Source: Eledone cirrhosa
Taxonomy: Eukaryota
Assembly: GCA_964016885.1 (NCBI GenBank)
Contig: OZ024741.1
Location: forward strand, 22,630,001 to 22,694,000
Length of the DNA: 64,000 bases
Direction: 5' to 3'
This document shows, one piece after another, positions 1 to 15,000 of this stretch. Within the stretch, counting starts at the first letter, position 1. Every line of letters begins with the position of its first letter. The position numbers were made by a program, and so were the translations under genes. Under the pieces are notes generated by a model. That model ran no database searches and was not told where the DNA came from. It saw only the letters and a list, made by a program, of their open reading frames with translations.

Positions 1-3000
1 ATGACAGTCTACTAGTGAAGTTGTTGACCTACAACAGTCCTACATATCCTTGGTAAGATGACAGTCTAGTAGTGAAATTGTTGACCTATAACAGTCCTAC
101 ATATCCTTGGTAAGATGACAGTATACTAGTGAAGTTGTTGACCTACAGCAGTCCTACATGTCCTTGGTAAGATGACAGTCTACTAGTGAAGCTGTTGACC
201 TACAACAGTCCTACATGTCCTCGGTAAGATGACAGTCTACTAGTGCAGTTGTTGACCTACAGCAGTCCTACATGTCCTTGGTAAGATGACAGTCTACTAG
301 TGAAGCTGTTGACCTGCAACAGTCCTACATGTCCTTGGTAAGATGACAGTCTACTAGTGAAGTTGTTGACCTACAGCAGTCCTACATATCCTTGGTAAGA
401 TGACAGTCTACTAGTGAAGTTGTTGACCTACAACAGTCCTACATATCCTTGGTAAGATGACAGTCTACTAGTGAAGATGTTGATCTACAACAGTCCTACA
501 TGTCCTTGGTAAGATGATAGTCTACTAGTGAAGTTGTTGACCTACAGCAGTCCTACATATCCTTGGTAAGATGACAGTCTACTAGTGAAGTTGTTGACCT
601 ACAACAGTCCTACATATCCTTGGTAAGATGACAGTCTACTAGTGAAGCAGTTGACCTACAACAGTCCTACATGTCCTTGGTAAGATGACAGTCTACTAGT
701 GAAGTTGTTGACCTACAGCAGTCCTACATGTCCTTGGTAAGATGACAGTCTACTAGTGAAGTTGTTGACCTACAGTAGTCCTACATATCCTTGGTAAGAT
801 GAGAGTCTACTAGTGAAGTTGTTGACCTACAACAGTCCTACATGTCCTTGGTAAGATGACAGTCTACTAGTGAAGTTGTTGACCTACAGCTGTCCTACAT
901 ATCCTTGGTAAGATGACAGTCTACTAGTGAAGTTGTTGACCTACAGCAGTCCTACATGTCCTTGGTAAGATGACAGTCTACTAGTGAAGTTGTTGACCTA
1001 CAACAGTCCTACATATCCTTGGTAAGATGACAGTCTACTAGTGAAGTTGTTGACCTACAGCAGTCCTACATGTCCTCGGTAAGATAACAGTCTACTAGTG
1101 AAGTTGTTGACCTACAGCAGTCCTACATATCCTTGGTAAGATAACAGTCTACTAGTGAAGTTGTTGACCTACAGTAGTCCTACATATCCTTGGTAAGATG
1201 ACAGTCTACTAGTGAAGTTGTTGACCTACAATAGTCCTACATATCCTTGGTAAGATGACAGTCTACTAGTGAAGCTGTTGACCTACAACAGTCCTACATA
1301 TCCTTGGTAAGATGACAGTCTACTAGTGAAGTTATTGACCTACACCAGTCCTACATGTCCTTGGTAAGATGACAGTCTACTAGTGAAGTTGTTGACCTAC
1401 AGCAGTCCTACATGTCCTTGGTAAGATGACAGTCTACTAGTGAGGTTGTTGACCTACAGTAGTCCTACATATCCTTGGTAAGATGACAGTCTACTAGTGA
1501 AGTTGTTGACCTACAACAGTCCTACATGTCCTTGGTAAGATGACAGTCTACTAGTGAAGTTGTTGACCTACAGCAGTCCTACATGTCCTTGGTAAGATGA
1601 CAGTCTACTAGTGAAGTTGCTGACCTACAGCAGTCCTACATATCCTTGGTAAGATGACAGTCTACTAGTGAAGTTGTTGACCTACAACAGTCCTACATGT
1701 CCTTGGTAAGATGACAGTCTACTAGTGAAGTTGCTGACCTACAGCAGTCCTACATATCCTTGGTAAGATGACAGTCTACTAGTGAAGTTGTTGACCTACA
1801 ACAGTCCTACATGTCCTTGGTATGATGACAGTCTACTAGTGAAGTTGTTGACCTACAACAGTCCTACATATCCTTGGTAAGATGACAGTATACTAGTGAA
1901 GTTGTTGACCTACAGTAGTCCTACATATCCTTGGTAAGATGACAGTCTCCTAGTGAAGTTGTTCACCTACAACAGTCCTACATGTCCTTGGTAAGATGAC
2001 AGTCTACTAGTGAAGTTGTTGACCTACAGCAGTCCTACATGTCCTTGGTAAGATGACAGTCTACTAGTGAATTTGCTGACCTACAGCAGTCCTACATATC
2101 CTTGGTAAGATGACAGTCTACTAGTGAAGCTGTTGACCTACAACAGTCGTACATGTCCTTGGTAAGATGACAGTCTACTAGTGAAGGTGTTGACCTATAA
2201 CAGTCCTACATATCCTTGGTAAGATGACAGTCTACTAGTGAAGTTGTTGACCTACAGCAGTCCTACATGTCCTTGGTAAGATGACAGTCTACTAGTGAAG
2301 TTGTTGACCTACAACAGTCCTACATGTCCTTGGTAAGATAACAGTCTACTAGTGAAGTTGACCTATAACAGTCCTACATATCCTTGGTAAGATGACAGTC
2401 TACTAGTGAAGTTGTTGACCTACAGCAGTCCTACATATCCTTGGTAAGATGACAGTCTACTAGTGAAGTTGTTGACCTACAGCAGTCCTACATATCCTTG
2501 GTAAGATAACAGTCTACTAGTGAATTTGTTGACCTACAACAGTCCTACATATCCTTGGTAAGATGACAGTCTACTAGTGAAGCTGTTGACCTACAACAGT
2601 CCTACATGTCCTTGGTAAGATGACAGTCTACTAGTGAAGTTGTTGACCTACAACAGTCCTACATATCCTTGGTAAGATGACAGTCTAGTAGTGAAATTGT
2701 TGACCTATAACAGTCCTACATATCCTTGGTAAGATGACAGTATACTAGTGAAGTTGTTGACCTACAGCAGTCCTACATGTCCTTGGTAAGATGACAGTCT
2801 ACTAGTGAAGCTGTTGACCTACAACAGTCCTACATGTCCTCGGTAAGATGACAGTCTACTAGTGCAGTTGTTGACCTACAGCAGTCCTACATGTCCTTGG
2901 TAAGATGACAGTCTACTAGTGAAGCTGTTGACCTGCAACAGTCCTACATGTCCTTGGTAAGATGACAGTCTACTAGTGAAGTTGTTGACCTACAGCAGTC

Positions 3001-6000
3001 CTACATATCCTTGGTAAGATGACAGTCTACTAGTGAAGTTGTTGACCTACAACAGTCCTACATATCCTTGGTAAGATGACAGTCTACTAGTGAAGATGTT
3101 GATCTACAACAGTCCTACATGTCCTTGGTAAGATGATAGTCTACTAGTGAAGTTGTTGACCTACAGCAGTCCTACATATCCTTGGTAAGATGACAGTCTA
3201 CTAGTGAAGTTGTTGACCTACAACAGTCCTACATATCCTTGGTAAGATGACAGTCTACTAGTGAAGCAGTTGACCTACAACAGTCCTACATGTCCTTGGT
3301 AAGATGACAGTCTACTAGTGAAGTTGTTGACCTACAGCAGTCCTACATGTCCTTGGTAAGATGACAGTCTACTAGTGAAGTTGTTGACCTACAGTAGTCC
3401 TACATATCCTTGGTAAGATGACAGTCTACTAGTGAAGTTGTTGACCTACAACAGTCCTACATGTCCTTGGTAAGATGACAGTCTACTAGTGAAGTTGTTG
3501 ACCTACAACAGTCCTACATATCCTTGGTAAGATGACAGTCTACTAGTGAAGTTGTTGACCTACAGCAGTCCTACATGTCCTTGGTAAGATGACAGTCTAC
3601 TAGTGAAGTTGTTGACCTACAACAGTCCTACATATCCTTGGTAAGATGACAGTCTACTAGTGAAGTTGTTGACCTACAGCAGTCCTACATGTCCTTGGTA
3701 AGATGACAGTCTACTAGTGAAGTTGTTGACCTACAACAGTCCTACATATCCTTGGTAAGATGACAGTCTACTAGTGAAGTTGTTGACCTACAACAGTCCT
3801 ACATGTCCTTGGTAAGATGACAGTCTACTAGTGAAGTTGTTGACCTACAGCAGTCCTACATGTCCTTGGTAAGATGACAGTCTACTAGTGAAGTTGCTGA
3901 CCTACAGCAGTCCTACATATCCTTGGTAAGATGACAGTCTACTAGTGAAGTTGTTGACCTACAACAGTCCTACATGTCCTTGGTAAGATGACAGTCTACT
4001 AGTGAAGTTGCTGACCTACAGCAGTCCTACATATCCTTGGTAAGATGACAGTCTACTAGTGAAGTTGTTGACCTACAGCAGTCCTACATGTCCTTGGTAA
4101 GATGACAGTCTACTAGTGAAGTTGTTGACCTACAGTAGTCCTACATATCCTTGGTAAGATGACAGTCTACTAGTGAAGTTGTTGACCTACAACAGTCCTA
4201 CATGTCCTTGGTAAGATGACAGTCTACTAGTGAAGTTGTTGACCTACAACAGTCCTACATATCCTTGGTAAGATGACAGTCTACTAGTGAAGTTCTTGAC
4301 CTACAGTAGTCCTACATATCCTTGGTAAGATGACAGTCTCCTAGTGAAGTTGTTGACCTACAACAGTCCTACATGTCCTTGGTAAGATGACAGTCTACTA
4401 GTGAAGTTGTTGACCTACAGCAGTCCTACATGTCCTTGGTAAGATGACAGTCTATTAGTGAATTTGCTGACCTACAGCAGTCCTACATGTCCTTGGTAAG
4501 ATGACAGTCTACTAGTGAAGCTGTTGACCTACAACAGTCCTACATGTCCTTGGTAAGATGACAGTCTACTAGTGAAGTTGTTGACCTATAACAGTCCTAC
4601 ATATCCTTGGTAAGATGACAGTCTACTAGTGAAGTTGTTGACCTACAGCAGTCCTACATATCCTTGGTAAGATGACAGTCTACTAGTGAAGTTGTTGACC
4701 TACAGCAGTCCTACATATCCTTGGTAAGATGACAGTCTACTAGTGAAGTTGTTGACCTACAACAGTCCTACATGTCCTTGGTAAGATGACAATCTACTAG
4801 TGAAGTTGCTGACCTACAGCAGTCCTACATATCCTTGGTAAGATGACAGTCTACTAGTGAAGTTGTTGACCTACAACAGTCCTACATATCCTTGGTAAGA
4901 TGATAGTCTACTAGTGAAGTTGTTGACCTACAGTAGTCCTACATATCCTTGGTAAGTTGACAGTCTACTAGTGAAGTTGTTGACCTACAACAGTCCTACA
5001 TGTCCTTGGTAAGATGACAGTCTACTAGTGAAGTTGTTGACCTACAGCAGTCCTACATGTCCTTGATAAGATGACAGTCTACTAATGAAGTTGCTGACCT
5101 ACAGCAGTCCTACATATCCTTGGTAAGATGACAGTCTACTAGTGAAGTTGTTGACCTACAACAGTCCTACATGTCCTTGGTAAGATGACAGTCTACTAGT
5201 GAAGTTGTTGACCTACAGCAGTCCTACATGTCCTTGGTAAGATGACAGTCTACTAGTGAAGCTGTTGACCTACAACAGTCCTACATGTCCTTGGTAAGAT
5301 GACAGTCTACTAGTGAAGTTGTTGACCTATAACAGTCCTACATATCCTTGGTAAGATGACAGTCTACTAGTGAAGTTGTTGACCTACAGCAGTCCTACAT
5401 ATCCTTGGTAAGATGACAGTCTACTAGTGAAGTTGTTGACCTACAGCAGTCCTACATATCCTTGGTAAGATGACAGTCTACTAGTGAAGTTGTTGACCTA
5501 CAACAGTCCTACATATCCTTGGTAAGATGACAGTCTATTAGTGAAGTTGTTGACCTACAACAGTCCTACATATCCTTGGTAAGATGACAGTCTACTAGTG
5601 AAGTTGTTGACCTACAACAGTCCTACATATCCTTGGTAAGATGACAGTCTACTAGTGAAGTTGTTGACCTACAACAGTCCTACATGTCCTTAGTAAGATG
5701 ACAGTCTACTAGTGAAGTTGTTGACCTACAACAGTCCTACATATCCTTGGTAAGATGACAGTCTACTAGTGAAGTTGTTGACCTATAACAGTCCTACATA
5801 TCCTTGGTAAGATGACAGTATACTAGTGAAGTTGTTGACCTACAGCAGTCCTACATGTCCTTGGTAAGATGACAGTCTACTAGTGAAGCTGTTGACCTAC
5901 AACAGTCCTACATGTCCTCGGTAAGATGACAGTCTACTAGTGAAGCTGTTGACCTACAACAGTCCTACATGTCCTTGGTAAGATGACAGTCTACTAGTGA

Positions 6001-9000
6001 AGTTGTTGACCTATAACAGTCCTACATATCCTTGGTAAGATGACAGTCTACTAGTGAAGTTGTTGACCTACAACAGTCCTACATATCCTTGGTAAGATGA
6101 CAGTCTACTAGTGAAGTTGTTGACCTACAACAGTCCTACATGTCCTTGGTAAGATGACAGTCTACTAGTGAAGTTGTTGACCTACAACAGTCCTACATAT
6201 CCTTGGTAAGATGACAGTCTACTAGTGAAGTTGTTGACCTACAGCAGTCCTACATGTCCTTGGTAAGATGACAGTCTACTAGTGAAGTTGTTGACCTATA
6301 ACAGTCCTACATATCCTTGGTAAGATGACAGTCTACTAGTGAAGTTGTTGACCTACAGCAGTCCTACATATCCTTGGTAAGATGACAGTCTACTAGTGAA
6401 GTTGTTGACCTACAGCAGTCCTACATATCCTTGGTAAGATGACAGTCTACTAGTGATGTTGTTGACCTACAGCAGTCCTACATATCCTTGGTAAGATGAC
6501 AGTCTACTAGTGAAGTTGCTGACCTACAACAGTCCTACATATCCTTGGTAAGATGACAGTCTACTAGTGAAGTTGTTGACCTACAGCAGTCCTACATGTC
6601 CTTGGTAAGATGACAGTCTACTAGTGAAGTTGTTGACCTACAACAGTCCTACATATCCTTGGTAAGATGACAGTCTACTAGTGAAGCTGTTGACCGACAA
6701 CAGTCCTACATATCCTTGGTAAGATGACACTCTACTAGTGAAGTTGTTGACCTACAACAGTCCTACATGTCCTTGGTAAGATGACAGTCTACTAGTGAAG
6801 TTGTTGACCTACAGCAGTCCTACATGTCCTTGGTAAGATGACAGTCTACTAGTGAAGCTGTTGACCTACAACAGTCCTACATGTCCTTGGTAAGATGACA
6901 GTCTACTAGTGAAGGTGTTGACCTATAACAGTCCTACATATCCTTGGTAAGATGACAGTCTACTAGTGAAGTTGTTGACCTACAGCAGTCCTACATGTCC
7001 TTGGTAAGATGACAGTCTACTAGTGAAGTTGTTGACCTACAACAGTCCTACATATCCTTGGTAAGATGACAGTCTACTAGAGAATTTGTTGACCTACAAC
7101 AGTCCTACATATCCTTGGTAAGATGACAGTCTACTAGTGAAGCTGTTGACCTACAACAGTCCTACATGTCCTTGGTAAGATGACAGTCTACTAGTGAAGT
7201 TGTTGACCTACAACAGTCCTACATATCCTTGGTAAGATGACAGTCTACTAGTGAAGTTGTTGACCTATAACAGTCCTACATATCCTTGGTAAGATGACAG
7301 TATACTAGTGAAGTTGTTGACCTACAGCAGTCCTACATGTCCTTGGTAAGATGACAGTCTACTAGTGAAGCTGTTGACCTACAACAGTCCTACATGTCCT
7401 CTGTAAGATGACAGTCTACTAGTGAAGCTGTTGACCTACAACAGTCCTACATGTCCTTGGTAAGATGACAGTCTACTAGTGAAGTTGTTGACGTACAGCA
7501 GTCCTACATATCCTTGGTAAGATGACAGTCTACTAGTGAAGCTGTTGACCTACAACAGTCCTACATGTCCTTGGTAAGATGACAGTCTACTAGTGAAGTT
7601 GTTGACCTACAGCAGTCCTACATATCCTTGGTAAGATGACAGTCTACTAGTGAAGTTGTTGACCTACAACAGTCCTACATATCCTTGGTAAGATGACAGT
7701 CTACTAGTGAAGCTGTTGACCTACAACAGTCGTACATGTCCTTGGTAAGATGACAGTCTACTAGTGAAGGTGTTGACCTATAACAGTCCTACATATCCTT
7801 GGTAAGATGACAGTCTACTAGTGAAGTTGTTGACCTACAGCAGTCCTACATGTCCTTGGTAAGATGACAGTCTACTAGTGAAGTTGTTGACCTACAACAG
7901 TCCTACATGTCCTTGGTAAGATAACAGTCTACTAGTGAAGTTGTTGACCTATAACAGTCCTACATATCCTTGGTAAGATGACAGTCTACTAGTGAAGTTG
8001 TTGACCTACAGCAGTCCTACATATCCTTGGTAAGATGACAGTCTACTAATGAAGTTGTTGACCTACAGCAGTCCTACATATCCTTGGTAAGATGACAGTC
8101 TACTAGTGAATTTGTTGACCTACAACAGTCCTACATATCCTTGGTAAGATGACAGTATACTAGTGAAGTTGTTGACCTACAGCAGTCCTACATGTCCTTG
8201 GTAAGATGACAGTCTACTAGTGAAGCTGTTGACCTACAACAGTCCTACACGTCCTCGGTAAGATGACAGTCTACTAGTGAAGCTGTTGACCTACAACAGT
8301 CCTACATGTCCTTGGTAAGATGACAGTCTACTAGTGAAGTTGTTGACCTACAGCAGTCCTACATATCCTTGGGAAGATGACAGTCTACTAGTGAAGCTGT
8401 TGACCTACAACAGTCCTACATATACTTGGTAAGATGAGAGTCTACTAGTGAAGTTTTTGACCTACAACAGTCCTACATGTCCTTGGTAAGATGACAGTCT
8501 ACTAGTGAATGTTGTTGACCTACAGCAGTCCTACAAATCATTTGTAAGATGACAGTCTACTAGTGAAGTTGTTGACCTACAGCAGTCCTACATATCCTTG
8601 GTAAGATGACAGTCTACTAGTGAAGTTGACCTACAACAGTCCTACATGTCCTTGGTAAGATGACAGTCTACTAGTGAAGTTGTTGACCTACAACAGTCCT
8701 ACATATCCTTGGTAAGATGACAGTCTACTAGTGAAGCTGTTGACCTACAACAGTCCTACATATACTTGGTAAGATGAGAGTCTACTAGTGAAGTTGTTGA
8801 CCTACAACAGTCCTACATGTCCTTGGTAAGATGACAGTCTACTAGTGAAGTTGTTGACCTACAGCTGTCCTACATATCCTTGGTAAGATGACAGTCTACT
8901 AGTGAAGTTGTTGACCTACAGCAGTCCTACATGTCCTTGGTAAGATGACAGTCTACTAGTGAAGTTGTTGACCTACAACAGTCCTACATATCCTTGGTAA

Positions 9001-12000
9001 GATGACAGTCTACTAGTGAAGTTGTTGACCTACAGCAGTCCTACATGTCCTCGGTAAGATAACAGTCTACTAGTGAAGTTGTTGACCTACAGCAGTCCTA
9101 CATATCCTTGGTAAGATAACAGTCTACTAGTGAAGTTGTTGACCTACAGTAGTCCTACATATCCTTGGTAAGATGACAGTCTACTAGTGAAGTTGTTGAC
9201 CTACAATAGTCCTACATATCCTTGGTAAGATGACAGTCTACTAGTGAAGCTGTTGACCTACAACAGTCCTACATATCCTTGGTAAGATGACAGTCTACTA
9301 GTGAAGTTATTGACCTACACCAGTCCTACATGTCCTTGGTAAGATGACAGTCTACTAGTGAAGTTGTTGACCTACAGCAGTCCTACATGTCCTTGGTAAG
9401 ATGACAGTCTACTAGTGAGGTTGTTGACCTACAGTAGTCCTACATATCCTTGGTAAGATGACAGTCTACTAGTGAAGTTGTTGACCTACAACAGTCCTAC
9501 ATGTCCTTGGTAAGATGACAGTCTACTAGTGAAGTTGTTGACCTACAGCAGTCCTACATGTCCTTGGTAAGATGACAGTCTACTAGTGAAGTTGCTGACC
9601 TACAGCAGTCCTACATATCCTTGGTAAGATGACAGTCTACTAGTGAAGTTGTTGACCTACAACAGTCCTACATGTCCTTGGTAAGATGACAGTCTACTAG
9701 TGAAGTTGCTGACCTACAGCAGTCCTACATATCCTTGGTAAGATGACAGTCTACTAGTGAAGTTGTTGACCTACAACAGTCCTACATGTCCTTGGTATGA
9801 TGACAGTCTACTAGTGAAGTTGTTGACCTACAACAGTCCTACATATCCTTGGTAAGATGACAGTATACTAGTGAAGTTGTTGACCTACAGTAGTCCTACA
9901 TATCCTTGGTAAGATGACAGTCTCCTAGTGAAGTTGTTCACCTACAACAGTCCTACATGTCCTTGGTAAGATGACAGTCTACTAGTGAAGTTGTTGACCT
10001 ACAGCAGTCCTACATGTCCTTGGTAAGATGACAGTCTACTAGTGAATTTGCTGACCTACAGCAGTCCTACATATCCTTGGTAAGATGACAGTCTACTAGT
10101 GAAGCTGTTGACCTACAACAGTCGTACATGTCCTTGGTAAGATGACAGTCTACTAGTGAAGGTGTTGACCTATAACAGTCCTACATATCCTTGGTAAGAT
10201 GACAGTCTACTAGTGAAGTTGTTGACCTACAGCAGTCCTACATGTCCTTGGTAAGATGACAGTCTACTAGTGAAGTTGTTGACCTACAACAGTCCTACAT
10301 GTCCTTGGTAAGATAACAGTCTACTAGTGAAGTTGACCTATAACAGTCCTACATATCCTTGGTAAGATGACAGTCTACTAGTGAAGTTGTTGACCTACAG
10401 CAGTCCTACATATCCTTGGTAAGATGACAGTCTACTAGTGAAGTTGTTGACCTACAGCAGTCCTACATATCCTTGGTAAGATAACAGTCTACTAGTGAAT
10501 TTGTTGACCTACAACAGTCCTACATATCCTTGGTAAGATGACAGTCTACTAGTGAAGCTGTTGACCTACAACAGTCCTACATGTCCTTGGTAAGATGACA
10601 GTCTACTAGTGAAGTTGTTGACCTACAACAGTCCTACATATCCTTGGTAAGATGACAGTCTAGTAGTGAAATTGTTGACCTATAACAGTCCTACATATCC
10701 TTGGTAAGATGACAGTATACTAGTGAAGTTGTTGACCTACAGCAGTCCTACATGTCCTTGGTAAGATGACAGTCTACTAGTGAAGCTGTTGACCTACAAC
10801 AGTCCTACATGTCCTCGGTAAGATGACAGTCTACTAGTGCAGTTGTTGACCTACAGCAGTCCTACATGTCCTTGGTAAGATGACAGTCTACTAGTGAAGC
10901 TGTTGACCTGCAACAGTCCTACATGTCCTTGGTAAGATGACAGTCTACTAGTGAAGTTGTTGACCTACAGCAGTCCTACATATCCTTGGTAAGATGACAG
11001 TCTACTAGTGAAGTTGTTGACCTACAACAGTCCTACATATCCTTGGTAAGATGACAGTCTACTAGTGAAGATGTTGATCTACAACAGTCCTACATGTCCT
11101 TGGTAAGATGATAGTCTACTAGTGAAGTTGTTGACCTACAGCAGTCCTACATATCCTTGGTAAGATGACAGTCTACTAGTGAAGTTGTTGACCTACAACA
11201 GTCCTACATATCCTTGGTAAGATGACAGTCTACTAGTGAAGCAGTTGACCTACAACAGTCCTACATGTCCTTGGTAAGATGACAGTCTACTAGTGAAGTT
11301 GTTGACCTACAGCAGTCCTACATGTCCTTGGTAAGATGACAGTCTACTAGTGAAGTTGTTGACCTACAGTAGTCCTACATATCCTTGGTAAGATGACAGT
11401 CTACTAGTGAAGTTGTTGACCTACAACAGTCCTACATGTCCTTGGTAAGATGACAGTCTACTAGTGAAGTTGTTGACCTACAACAGTCCTACATATCCTT
11501 GGTAAGATGACAGTCTACTAGTGAAGTTGTTGACCTACAGCAGTCCTACATGTCCTTGGTAAGATGACAGTCTACTAGTGAAGTTGTTGACCTACAACAG
11601 TCCTACATATCCTTGGTAAGATGACAGTCTACTAGTGAAGTTGTTGACCTACAGCAGTCCTACATGTCCTTGGTAAGATGACAGTCTACTAGTGAAGTTG
11701 TTGACCTACAACAGTCCTACATATCCTTGGTAAGATGACAGTCTACTAGTGAAGTTGTTGACCTACAACAGTCCTACATGTCCTTGGTAAGATGACAGTC
11801 TACTAGTGAAGTTGTTGACCTACAGCAGTCCTACATGTCCTTGGTAAGATGACAGTCTACTAGTGAAGTTGCTGACCTACAGCAGTCCTACATATCCTTG
11901 GTAAGATGACAGTCTACTAGTGAAGTTGTTGACCTACAACAGTCCTACATGTCCTTGGTAAGATGACAGTCTACTAGTGAAGTTGCTGACCTACAGCAGT

Positions 12001-15000
12001 CCTACATATCCTTGGTAAGATGACAGTCTACTAGTGAAGTTGTTGACCTACAGCAGTCCTACATGTCCTTGGTAAGATGACAGTCTACTAGTGAAGTTGT
12101 TGACCTACAGTAGTCCTACATATCCTTGGTAAGATGACAGTCTACTAGTGAAGTTGTTGACCTACAACAGTCCTACATGTCCTTGGTAAGATGACAGTCT
12201 ACTAGTGAAGTTGTTGACCTACAACAGTCCTACATATCCTTGGTAAGATGACAGTCTACTAGTGAAGTTCTTGACCTACAGTAGTCCTACATATCCTTGG
12301 TAAGATGACAGTCTCCTAGTGAAGTTGTTGACCTACAACAGTCCTACATGTCCTTGGTAAGATGACAGTCTACTAGTGAAGCTGTTGACCTACAGCAGTC
12401 CTACATGTCCTTGGTAAGATGACAGTCTATTAGTGAATTTGCTGACCTACAGCAGTCCTACATGTCCTTGGTAAGATGACAGTCTACTAGTGAAGCTGTT
12501 GACCTACAACAGTCCTACATGTCCTTGGTAAGATGACAGTCTACTAGTGAAGTTGTTGACCTATAACAGTCCTACATATCCTTGGTAAGATGACAGTCTA
12601 CTAGTGAAGTTGTTGACCTACAGCAGTCCTACATATCCTTGGTAAGATGACAGTCTACTAGTGAAGTTGTTGACCTACAGCAGTCCTACATATCCTTGGT
12701 AAGATGACAGTCTACTAGTGAAGTTGTTGACCTACAACAGTCCTACATGTCCTTGGTAAGATGACAATCTACTAGTGAAGTTGCTGACCTACAGCAGTCC
12801 TACATATCCTTGGTAAGATGACAGTCTACTAGTGAAGTTGTTGACCTACAACAGTCCTACATATCCTTGGTAAGATGATAGTCTACTAGTGAAGTTGTTG
12901 ACCTACAGTAGTCCTACATATCCTTGGTAAGTTGACAGTCTACTAGTGAAGTTGTTGACCTACAACAGTCCTACATGTCCTTGGTAAGATGACAGTCTAC
13001 TAGTGAAGTTGTTGACCTACAGCAGTCCTACATGTCCTTGATAAGATGACAGTCTACTAATGAAGTTGCTGACCTACAGCAGTCCTACATATCCTTGGTA
13101 AGATGACAGTCTACTAGTGAAGTTGTTGACCTACAACAGTCCTACATGTCCTTGGTAAGATGACAGTCTACTAGTGAAGTTGTTGACCTACAGCAGTCCT
13201 ACATGTCCTTGGTAAGATGACAGTCTACTAGTGAAGCTGTTGACCTACAACAGTCCTACATGTCCTTGGTAAGATGACAGTCTACTAGTGAAGTTGTTGA
13301 CCTATAACAGTCCTACATATCCTTGGTAAGATGACAGTCTACTAGTGAAGTTGTTGACCTACAGCAGTCCTACATATCCTTGGTAAGATGACAGTCTACT
13401 AGTGAAGTTGTTGACCTACAGCAGTCCTACATATCCTTGGTAAGATGACAGTCTACTAGTGAAGTTGTTGACCTACAACAGTCCTACATATCCTTGGTAA
13501 GATGACAGTCTATTAGTGAAGTTGTTGACCTACAACAGTCCTACATATCCTTGGTAAGATGACAGTCTACTAGTGAAGTTGTTGACCTACAACAGTCCTA
13601 CATATCCTTGGTAAGATGACAGTCTACTAGTGAAGTTGTTGACCTACAACAGTCCTACATGTCCTTAGTAAGATGACAGTCTACTAGTGAAGTTGTTGAC
13701 CTACAACAGTCCTACATATCCTTGGTAAGATGACAGTCTACTAGTGAAGTTGTTGACCTATAACAGTCCTACATATCCTTGGTAAGATGACAGTATACTA
13801 GTGAAGTTGTTGACCTACAGCAGTCCTACATGTCCTTGGTAAGATGACAGTCTACTAGTGAAGCTGTTGACCTACAACAGTCCTACATGTCCTCGGTAAG
13901 ATGACAGTCTACTAGTGAAGCTGTTGACCTACAACAGTCCTACATGTCCTTGGTAAGATGACAGTCTACTAGTGAAGTTGTTGACCTATAACAGTCCTAC
14001 ATATCCTTGGTAAGATGACAGTCTACTAGTGAAGTTGTTGACCTACAACAGTCCTACATATCCTTGGTAAGATGACAGTCTACTAGTGAAGTTGTTGACC
14101 TACAACAGTCCTACATGTCCTTGGTAAGATGACAGTCTACTAGTGAAGTTGTTGACCTACAACAGTCCTACATATCCTTGGTAAGATGACAGTCTACTAG
14201 TGAAGTTGTTGACCTACAGCAGTCCTACATGTCCTTGGTAAGATGACAGTCTACTAGTGAAGTTGTTGACCTATAACAGTCCTACATATCCTTGGTAAGA
14301 TGACAGTCTACTAGTGAAGTTGTTGACCTACAGCAGTCCTACATATCCTTGGTAAGATGACAGTCTACTAGTGAAGTTGTTGACCTACAGCAGTCCTACA
14401 TATCCTTGGTAAGATGACAGTCTACTAGTGATGTTGTTGACCTACAGCAGTCCTACATATCCTTGGTAAGATGACAGTCTACTAGTGAAGTTGCTGACCT
14501 ACAACAGTCCTACATATCCTTGGTAAGATGACAGTCTACTAGTGAAGTTGTTGACCTACAGCAGTCCTACATGTCCTTGGTAAGATGACAGTCTACTAGT
14601 GAAGTTGTTGACCTACAACAGTCCTACATATCCTTGGTAAGATGACAGTCTACTAGTGAAGCTGTTGACCGACAACAGTCCTACATATCCTTGGTAAGAT
14701 GACACTCTACTAGTGAAGTTGTTGACCTACAACAGTCCTACATGTCCTTGGTAAGATGACAGTCTACTAGTGAAGTTGTTGACCTACAGCAGTCCTACAT
14801 GTCCTTGGTAAGATGACAGTCTACTAGTGAAGCTGTTGACCTACAACAGTCCTACATGTCCTTGGTAAGATGACAGTCTACTAGTGAAGGTGTTGACCTA
14901 TAACAGTCCTACATATCCTTGGTAAGATGACAGTCTACTAGTGAAGTTGTTGACCTACAGCAGTCCTACATGTCCTTGGTAAGATGACAGTCTACTAGTG